This document shows, one piece after another, positions 52,396 through 64,000 of a stretch of 64,000 nucleotides of DNA. Source of the DNA: Daphnia carinata (lineage: Eukaryota); assembly GCF_022539665.2 (NCBI RefSeq), contig NC_081331.1:992001-1056000 (forward strand), in the 5' to 3' direction. The notes under the pieces are model-generated. The model was not told the origin of the DNA. It saw only the letters and a list, made by a program, of their open reading frames with translations, and did no database searches. A program made the position numbers and the translations under genes. Numbering within the stretch: the first letter of the stretch is position 1; each line of letters opens with the position of its first letter.

Positions 52396-55300
52396 ATGGA
52401 TGTACCCAAACAGAGAAGTAAAACAGCAACGAAAGTGAGCTTTGAAAGCTCAGATAGCCAAGACAGTTTCTCTACTTCTGAGGATGAGCTTGATTCCTCT
52501 TTCAACAAATATTCATCTACGCCACCTAGCCGACAAAATATTAAAGGAGTGCAAAAAAGGAGAGACCTCAGGGTACTGAATTCACCCAAATTGTCACTTG
52601 AAAAACTAGAAAATGATAGAAAGGAGAAGTCAACATTGGTCACACAAAGATGGCAACAGAGAGAAACCAGCAAACAACGAGTATCAGAAAGAAGATTGAA
52701 ATGGATCACATCCACCGACAATGGAGGACCCATGAGTATGGGAGACAAAGCATTCTTGGATGGCTATGCAAGTGAGGAAGAAGGAAATTCAGATATTAAT
52801 ACCCCCAGCAATCAGGGAATAAAGGTATATACAAAAGTGTTCATTATCAACAGGCAATTAACCAATTTCATTCCAAACAAGGTTGAAAGTCGCAATCGAT
52901 TCATGAGTTTGTGTTCCCGTCTAATCAAATTGCCGCGCAAAGTGAAGAGAACCGATTCCCTCCAACAGAGCAAGCAAATCATCTCATGCCAAAGCCGGAC
53001 AGAGTTCCAAAATTATTTTACAAATCTTATGAAATCGTCTAATACCACGGAGAAAACAACCGTTCAGGAAGCTCAAGAAAAAAGTGAAGAAGAACTTTTG
53101 TGGCAAAGTGAATTAAAAGGTAAGCTTTTCATCACAGTGAAAGTCTCTTTATAGAAGGAACTGACGACTGCTCTGGATCCTTTATCGGGCGGGGCAGATC
53201 TCTTATGGTTGGAATTGCAGGCTTGGATATCTGACAGAACCCCACAAGAACAGGATAACTATCTTTATGTCCAACGTAAAAAAATTCCTGATATCTTAAA
53301 GAGAATCATGGAATATCGATTCGAACCTTTTTATCCGACTTCGTCGGATAATTCACGGTTCAGCGCTTCTGGGTCGTTCCAGGAAACAGTAAGTAACCCA
53401 GTTCTCTTCCTAATTTTACAGAACTATATTTTTAAATGTTGAGTTGTTCAATATCCACGTAGTTGGCATGCCCTGGCTGTTTGGACGCTTTCTGCGAGAT
53501 GTGTTCTCTCAATCAGAGCAAAGCATTGTACGAAATTTCAGCGTTACTAAAAGAACTGGAGATCGTGGAGGAGCTCTACCCTTCTGGTCGCGCGTTGGGT
53601 CTCGATTATCCGCTTTACAGCAGCACAGCGTTTAATGATCGGCACAAGGCAATTGTGTGTTGGTACAACGTGACTTGCTTGTTGCAGCTGAAAATCGACA
53701 TCATCGGTCACATGCTCGTCTCTCTTGGTTCAAAGGGGCTTCCTTGGCCCACGTGGCCGGCTTGGCCAATCGTCGATGGTATATACACAAGGGCTTCTTT
53801 TATTTAAAAGTTTTCAGCTTTGCTAATGCTCGTATTACTGTCGTTTCCCATTTTTGTTTGCCTTTAGGGGAGAGTGCCAAAGAGGAAATCGATATCGACA
53901 AGGAAAGAGATAGTTTCGGTCAACTTCCTGAATTGGATGGATATAGACCAAGCAGTGATGAAATACCTAGCCCGCCGATTCTTTTAACAAAAAAGAGATT
54001 ACTCAGAAGAGAAAAATCACGAGTTCAATTTTTTATTCAAAATGATCCGTCTACGGCGAACCGAATAAATGACCATCATCGCATGGAAGAAAGCCCAACA
54101 GAATCCTGCAAGAGCGAATATTCTGGAAATGATCTGCGTCAGTTACTTTGTTTTGCCTTATTTCCCGCAATATGTTAAACTATCCATTGGTTTGACAGCG
54201 GAAGCCGACGCCGAACTCAAGCATGAATACATTACGGAACATCATCTTTACAGGGATGACGCATTTATTCCGCGTTCCAAGCCGGAGCATTTACGCCTCG
54301 ACAGTTTTGGTGGAGCATCCGAGACAGAGTCTGAATCCTACAAATCTGGAGGGCTGGAGACGCCAGATGGCCGTTTGCTTTACAGACACTATATCGAGAG
54401 AGCTTTGAAAAGCAAAGGGCTACGCAAAATGCTCCGGTATGTTTCTTTGTTCGTTTTGAAAATTAGTACATTGAAAATGAATACCAGCAATTGCTTTCTA
54501 GTTGGATTGTCATCATCCATCGCGTGAGCATGATGAGAGCAAAAGAATCCTTATTGAAACCGGATCATTATAGGGGAAGTAGTTGCTCCACGTCTCCTTA
54601 CTTGTATGAAGAATCAGAACCAATGGGAGGCGATCGTCAAGCAAGTTCACTGGAGCTCGGGGAACTCCATCGCTACGGAGCTTGGTCTGAAGAGATCGAG
54701 TCGTTAAAATTACCTCAGTATCGAACACTCTACCTCTTTCTTTGCCGAATGCCAATGGATGTCATCAGGGAATCTTTATGCATTCGCTTGGAACAAAAAC
54801 CGGCTGAGCCGTCCGCCCTCAGTATTCGCCAATTGATGCAAGAATTCAAGGTATGATGTACAAAGTGCAGTGTTCAACAAATCAAAACATCTATTCTTGT
54901 TCCAAATACCTACAGGAAGGACTAAAAGTGGGTGTCATTTGCAAGCAAAAATATCGAAGAGATGTCCATTCGGTTATGCCGACTGATTATGATGTTTCAC
55001 TCCATAATGCCCTAGAAAAGGAATTTAATGATATTCTGAAGTTAACTCTAAGCGTGAGTCCAATTCGTTCAAATGCATTGCAACTTTGTATTCAGTTCTT
55101 AGTCAACAATTCTTTGTTATCACACATAGGCTTATCTAGATTATTTAAAACGATGGGTTTGCATGGGATCGCCGACTAGAGCAATACAGAAGAATGTCTT
55201 GGAATCAGAATGGAATTTCACACGGTCCGTGTGTTCAGAAATTCCCGGCGGCGAAATGTTGGCTGGCAACGCATTTTGTGCAATCGCTTCATCGATGTTA

Positions 55301-58300
55301 AGCTCAACGGGTAAATACTTGCGTGACGGAATTCGTCGCCGTATGGAATTCCAGTCAGACACTAGCGGTTCGGAGACGGATGAGCGCTCGGAAAAGTATG
55401 TTTTATTTATCTAAAGAATAACAGACAATTGATATGCTGCGTTTCTTCTTTAAGGGACATGGCACTTACCATACTACGGCGTATCCAGCGAGTTCTTTCA
55501 GAAGCTCGCGATCAGTGTCTCAAAGCTGTGTCAGTTACCAAAATGATCCGGAGAGATTTAGAAGTAGCAGCCGAATTCGATATTAGTGTGCCAATTCCGG
55601 AACTTCTGGAACGTCTTGCCATTACTGGCCACGTCCTTCTAGTTTTACCACACAATGACAACTATGCAGTTTTTGTTCCCCGTTTGTAGAATCATGAACT
55701 TGTATCTCTGTTTCTTCTAACATTTCACATTGTCTTTTTTCGATTTCTAGAAAGCCTTCGAAGTCACAGAGAATATTTGCATTGTCTTCTGGATCTTTCC
55801 TCACGATCGGAGCCATCTCCGCGGTCCAGCGACGATAAGGAGGAATCGATTCCTCGTTATTCTCAATCCAGTGAAGACGATGCAGGTACACCCAAATTCA
55901 TATTATGCCACTGAGACGCAACTTATGATGATTTTGTTGTTGTTGTTAGAAAACGAGGGCTATATGATACTACTTCAGACACAAACTGGCGATGGCGAAA
56001 CAGTTGAAACTCTATGGAAGGGGGAAACAGTCCGGATTCATGTATATGCCTGTTTTCTGAATACTCAGTTCCAGGTGTAATATCCTTCTTACATTTCTTA
56101 GAACCTCAGAGACGACGCAATCCTGCGTTCGCACGTCCAGCGTGAAGTGTTACTGCTAATTGTTTTCAATGCTATTCATCTGTCAGCTAGGCGTCGCGAA
56201 GTGCAGGAGATACTCGGCCCTGGTCTTGAATTAAGATACGAGAATAGACCATCGAATTACGTTGTTGCTGAATCCCTCCTTCAGCTCAAGGTTGTATACT
56301 AATAATGCTAACTCACTCAAAAGTATTTAATGATATTGTTTTTCATAGAATGAAGTTATCTACTTGAGCCAGACAATTATTCAATCGATTGAAGATGTGG
56401 TGAATAAGTGCAACGTCCAATATTTGAACGTACACCTTCTAGACCCAGTAGAACAGGCACCGCTAATAAGCCGATGGAAGGAAGTTGTACGCCATTGTTT
56501 CAAATTGGGTTTCGAATTCAACAAAGATGTCCTGCGTCTCGTTTCTGGAAAACCAAACGTTGAGCTAGCTCTCAATGTAGTCAAACTGGCTAATTTATGG
56601 ATGAGTTTTACTGTGAAACATAGTGAACGCGGCCGTGGACTTCGACCCAAATGGGCTACCCAGGTATGTTTTTTCGTAATGGAGTTCTCTATGCAGAATA
56701 ACTAATGCATTTTCTGGAACTTCAAGGGACTAGAGTTTCTTGTTACCGCCTGCGAATCGGACATTACACACCATCTCTCTGATGAAGAGTTTTGCCGACT
56801 GAAAGAATCAGTCAGCCAATGTGTGCATCACGTCATAGGCTCACTGGATCATAGTTCCAAAATACAGTCTTTGTCTCCAGTTATCCGCCGGTTTTCCAAA
56901 AGCTCAAGTAGGCCTAATTAAAAGCAACTGAATGTTAATGTAAGGATGTACTCATGTTTTTTTTTTTTAATACTTAGTACCGGTCTTTCCAAACAGTTTA
57001 TCAGCAGACGCCCTTTCACCTTCTTTAAGCCCAATGATGTCGAGAAAAATGTCTTTGAATATTTCTAGAGAAGAACTACCGATCTCATTTTTTCCTCTAC
57101 CTCGAAGGGATTCCGGTAGTAAATGTCATGTTTTTCAGTAGCTATGTAAATTATGTTAATCACTGAATTCGTTGTTTTAGCAAATGATGTTTTGCCGTGG
57201 AAGCAGCGCGTAAGCCGCTCCATAGACGCAATCGAATCGCAGCGTGATGCTGCATTGGAAGAGGCTACATTGATCGGACGAGTATCCCGACAAACCAAAG
57301 AAGCCAAATGGCACATCCGTTTGAAGAGCGTCCAATTCTCGTGGCAACGTGGAGTCAAAATCGGTAAGCTTTTTACTATTAAACCCTTTTAAACGCGATG
57401 TGACCTTTCAGGTACTAGTGGGCCTGTGTATTTTAATGTCAAATTTGGGTTTCCCAGTTAGATTTGTAAGTAAGAAGACTAGAGTGGGTAGTCGTCTCGC
57501 GTTGTCCACCTGGGCCAGCCGGTTGGCAGTGTTATTGTAAAGCTTCTGTTTTTATGGCGGATTATTGCTCCATTTCTTTTTTCTTCTTTTGCTTCTGGCC
57601 TTGCTGGTTTGGCAATTTTGGGCCAAAAGTGGGTTTACCTTGATTACCAGGTGGGGCTGGCACTTGCGGAGATCGAGGTTTCACAGTAGTACCTGCCACT
57701 GCACCGAGTCCCACGGCGTTGAAGTAGGGTCGAATCATGATCTTGGACCTCATCAAAGAGTATTGAGGTCCTTGATAGTCGTACCAGTACATCCCTTTAT
57801 ATTCAAACTCTTGGGGAACTGGACCGTTCAGATACTGCCCGTTTAGGTTGCTAAATATCACAATAGCGTTCACAATATAAATTTAAAAAGAAAAAAACAT
57901 TGTTTAGCGTTAGGAATCAAAACTACCTTGTGTCGCATCCTCGGTACCACCAACCACCGGTGTGATCACGGGCACAGTTACCGTCCAACCATTGATCCTG
58001 ATCGTTGTCTGCCGTAGAGAACTTCATCGACGTATGATAGGAAAGCGAATCACCCGCATCGCCCTCGTAAGTTCCCAAAATGCGAATGTCATAGCCTTCG
58101 GCGTCAGACCCTATAGCAAAGGCGGTGTAGTGGGCCGTAGCGTGATTCAGTCCGAAATCCGTCAGCTCAATCAACAGCTCGTAGACCTGTTGGAAAGAAA
58201 ATCGTGTCATTTTCTGAATGGTGTCCGTGATTGAGTTGTCATCTCACCCCTTGATTGGTAATCATATGGATTTTCTCGAGACCCAACCAGAATTCGGTAG

Positions 58301-61300
58301 CCATGTTACCGAACCCATGTTTATAGTCAGACCATCCTCGTAGAAAATTAACTGAGCCGTCAAATCGATTCTGGATCACCTGTTAGAGAAAGAGAATGAG
58401 GGATAGGATAATGTTAAGGCCTTGTTCATCAAATAGCAAATTGAATGCCATACTGTCCATCCACCTCCACGAGTTTCCATGTCGCATTGAACGAAAAAAG
58501 GAGCCGACGAGGAAAAGGGTTGAATGCGCTGGATGCCTGACTGTAAATGGCGCCCACCTTTGCTGAGAGCGTCATGACAATCCCGCGGGAAAGCTGATTG
58601 CTCTGTAAGCAAAATTCAACTCAAAGATAGTTTGGGAATGGTCTCCAACAATTGATAGTTTAATTCTACCTGGAGAAAGGCAAAAACCATTAGGTTGTAT
58701 AAAGTGAGAGAGAGATCGGGCCGGTGCAGAGTCCTGGCTCTTGAGAGTTGTAATTCCACGCTGTATATCCTGTTTTGTGGCGAAATCCTCACTGCGTCGC
58801 TCAAAAATCCTCAAGACATTATTGAACATTAGCATGTTTGTATTTACCATTAATTTGTTTTCATTCATTTCTTAAAGAAGAAAATACTTAGTCAAGTTGG
58901 TCAGAACGCTGACGTTCTTGTTAATGAGGTTTAGCTCCTCCCGTAAGCTATTTGCCGTCGCTCGAAGACTGTTCATTCCGCCCAAAAGTACTTGAAGACG
59001 CGGGGCTGGAACGTCGCTCTCTGCCACTAAAATTGCACATTTTAAAATACAAATATGTTTTTTTCTTTTTGCTTGCGTTACCAAAAAACGAAAATTATGG
59101 CTTACTTCTAGCAGACATATGGGCTCCGCCTGATTTCGTTAGAATATGTTTGAGTTCAGTTTGGCCGGTGCGAACTGCAATCGATTCATCGCGCACGACG
59201 TCCAATAGAGTTTCGATTCGCCCAACGTCGCCTTCTAACTGCTGGAGTCGCCGGGAAGTGTCGGCGGCCAGGTTGCGCACCGTGTCTCCCCGTTCTTGCA
59301 TTTGTACTTCAACACGCGTTAAACTGATGTTCCAATAGTTTCGTTTAAATCTTTCTTGATCATGGGATAACTATGGGAAGGCACTCACCGATAGTCAATT
59401 CCCTCTAGTTTGCGTAATGTCTGTATTTGCAAAGATTCAACCGACGTCATCCGTTCAGTAACACGCTGAAGATGAGCCATTAGACGGCTGACAGAGAAGG
59501 ATGGTCCTGCTTCGTCCGCAGTTCCTCCTGCGCTTACCTGAACAAAATTCGATATGTAGTTAACTTAATTTTATCAGTTTGAAATTTGAAAGAAATACCG
59601 ATGGTGTTGTAGCCGTTGGCATTGTCACCGTGGGCCAAGGTAGCCCTGGTTCGTGTTCAACATCATTCAAAATTCCTCCAGTCAGAGTTGTGGGCGTAGT
59701 TGAAATTCCTACACCGTTCGCTGTGAGAGACAGTTGTAGAATTTTTTTTTTTATGTTACGTATTTGCTCTGGAAAATTTTTTTTATTCTGGAACTCACAA
59801 GCCGGCCGCGGAGCGATCAAGTTGAAAGGCCGTAATCTGCGCACGTCATCCGTATCCAATTCTTGACCCACACGGTCATCAGCTCGACTTTCTTCGGAAC
59901 TTGTGCCTGTGTCGTAGTGTTGAGCTTTGATTCCAACGAAATTCGCACTCAAAAGGAACAACAACAAAGCAAAGTGCATTGCCCCGCTGCTGGTGCGACA
60001 TGCCAGCGCAGCAGAGGAGCGACCCATCTTGGGGACTGCCGAATCACAACTAATCGCACCCTTTTAGCTTCAAGTTTCTCCTCCGACGTTCATCGAATAT
60101 TTTGTCTTGTCGTCTGAGTTGATGGTCTGGCGGCCTATTTCGAGTATTTTGTTTAAGATTGTCGGTGCCAGTTCAAAGGTTGTTTAGTTCGTCAACCAAC
60201 GGCGAACGAGTCGACAACGCCAGATGCTTGTGTTGCTTATTTACGTTTCTTCTAATAAGAATGGGCCTAAATAACAAGCTGGGTTGCCAGCCCACTGCAG
60301 AGCGTGACCAGCGGGAAGCTAATGAAAGTGTTCGGTTAGCTATTTGCGTCACCCTAACAGTTGCTTCCCTCCGTAAAAAGAAAGGCTATATTTACCATCA
60401 CATTAAGCTAGAAACTGCTATTTCAGTTACGAGAAATTCGAGTTGATTTCGTGTTGTCTGTATTTTTGTTTTTATTTTCTCAGGACAAGGCCGCTTTGGA
60501 AAGGTGTACGTTGCGGTGAACAACAAAACGGGAGAACTCATGGCGATGAAAGAAATTGCACTGCAACCCAATGATCATCGGACCATCCGCAGTGTCGTGG
60601 ATGAATTGCATATTTTCGAAGGAATACATCACCCGCATCTGGTTCGTTACTATGGCTTGGAAATTCATCGTGAAGAAATGATAATCTTCATGGAATACTG
60701 TCCGGAGGGGACCTTGGAAAATTTGGTTGCTTCAACCGAAACAGGCCTACCTGAAGAACTCATTCGACGTTTCACGCGCCAACTTCTCGAGGCCGTCGTT
60801 GTTTTGCACGAAAATGGAATCGTGCATAGAGACATTAAAGGTACGACTGTTGGCGTTCGCCATGATGAATAAATGCGAGTTAATCTGTAAATTGTATTTA
60901 GGAGCCAACATTTTCCTTACTGACGTTGGTAATTGTTTGAAATTAGGTGATTTTGGTTGTGCCGCTAAAATCAAATCCCAGACGACCATGTTTGGAGAAC
61001 TGCAAGGTTTTGTTGGCACTCAAGGTAAACGAATTTGGCATAGTTCTATGAGTGGCAAGATTAATTGTTATAATCTGGATTTTGCTTAGCGTTTATGGCT
61101 CCAGAGGTTTTTATGCATACGATGACGGAGGGCCACGGGCGTGCAGCAGACATCTGGAGCGTGGGCTGTGTTGTCATAGAAATGGCGACAGGAAAAGTAA
61201 TCCGATTCAACAAGGATATTCGGAAAACCCATCATCATATATATTTTTCGCGTTTGCAGAGACCGTGGTACGAGCTAGAATCCAATTATGCTATTATGTT

Positions 61301-61606
61301 CAAAGTTGGTATGGGGGAAGTCCCTCCCGCGCCACCTACGCTTAGTGAGGAAGGCCAAGCGTTTCTTTCCCATGTTCTCCAACATGATCCAAAGCAGAGA
61401 GAAACCGCAGCCAATTTGCTTGAACACAATTTTCTAAAAGTAAGTAGTTGAAATTAGTTCATCCCATACTAACCGTGCCTGTTGACTACCGGCATAGCTT
61501 TTCTTTTTTATCTTAAAAAAATTGCTGTTACCAGGTATATCAGGAGGATGACCCTTCATACTCTGCAGTGACTCATCCTTTGGTTTCTAGTTTGGCGAAT
61601 CGTTAA
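52396..61606 (+). CDS. MAP3K4: Mitogen-activated protein kinase kinase kinase 4 (MEKK4/MTK1; Drosophila Mekk1-like)
   Basis: N-terminal [26 protein letters not shown] and [17 protein letters not shown] blocks. Kinase domain: [60 protein letters not shown]. Stop TAA at 61604-61606. About 20 short GT-AG introns plus one 3.1 kb intron (57364-60483). Confidence 0.95.
57562..60027 (-). CDS. Secreted fibrinogen-related domain (FReD) protein with coiled coil, angiopoietin-like architecture; nested in a MAP3K4 intron
   Basis: Signal-peptide-like [19 protein letters not shown], heptad-like middle region, and an FBG domain: [36 protein letters not shown]...[49 protein letters not shown]. Multiple frame-consistent introns. 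Confidence 0.9.
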
Positions 61607-62351
61607 TGGCGCAGCGGCAATTCTAAAAAACAAAGTTGTGATTCTATAAACAACAGAAGTTCCTTGTTTTGTTTACATTCCTCATATTCTATTCTTTCTG
61701 ACTACTTTTAAATCTCTGTCAGTTATTGGTCATAGGACTTGGATAACGTATATGTCCGATCCAAACTCTTACGTAACAAGAGCAATACAAACGAATAAGT
61801 TAAAGTGCAAGCAATTGTCATGCATAGACCTGTTTTGTTCAATTTTTTGGTATTGGTTACTGTGTTTTAATTTTGCGACCGTCGTACGGTATATGTTGCT
61901 CATAGAGGAAAGTAATAAGTTTTTTGCCGATCGAATATTCGAGCCGATCGATCGATAGAGATTCTTCCAGTGGAGTAAACAATAAACCATTGGTTTTTTA
62001 AAACTCCTGCGGTATTTGTGTTGTTAGTACACTGGTGCACTTTAAACTATCGGAGCGTACTGGCAATTTCGTAGCGGCAGCAACGTCATCTAGTGTACGT
62101 AACAGCCGCAACTCAACCCCACCCTCGTTGACTATTCCTGGAGGTATATTTCATGGCTGAACCAAAAACTGGATTTCGCGTTTCCCGCCTCAAAAGCGGC
62201 TGCCATCTAGCGTAATTTTATTAACGCGCACGTCTGCATGGAGTTAGTAGCGTCTGCAAGCACTTGTCCAAACTCCGAACGTGTCTGTTAAAACGTGTTT
62301 CCATTTGTTTCTTCACAATATATCGTTACATCGGTATCTTCATCTGTAGGA

Positions 62352-64000
<1,649 letters not shown>

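Noticed and set aside
56079..56101. ATATCCTT resembling a U12 (AT-AC) donor in MAP3K4
   Set aside because: It lies inside an ordinary 60-nt GT-AG intron (56042-56101) that already restores the frame.

Overview
Eukaryotic genomic DNA, AT-rich and gene-dense, with many ~60-80 nt GT-AG introns and homopolymer-rich long introns. This style suggests an arthropod, most likely the crustacean Daphnia (inference). Gene order: 3' part of KCMF1 (+); a ~1.7 kb repeat with embedded palindromes; SID-1/SIDT-like (-); PSMC4/Rpt3 (-); TECPR2 (-); a convergent pair of small genes encoding Orange-domain-like proteins with no bHLH (+/-); tomosyn/STXBP5 (+, ~23 kb); an orphan gene (-); MAP3K4/MEKK4 (+), which carries a fibrinogen-domain gene (-) nested in one intron; and the 5' part of DHX15/Prp43 (+). 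Tomosyn has phase-matched mutually exclusive exons, a cassette exon and a large Gly/Ser/Ala insertion. The most unusual element is the bHLH-less Orange-domain gene pair, with a cluster of Hes-type and proneural bHLH sites upstream. Exon boundaries were derived by hand from splice signals and frame continuity, and family calls come from remembered motifs; no database searches were run.
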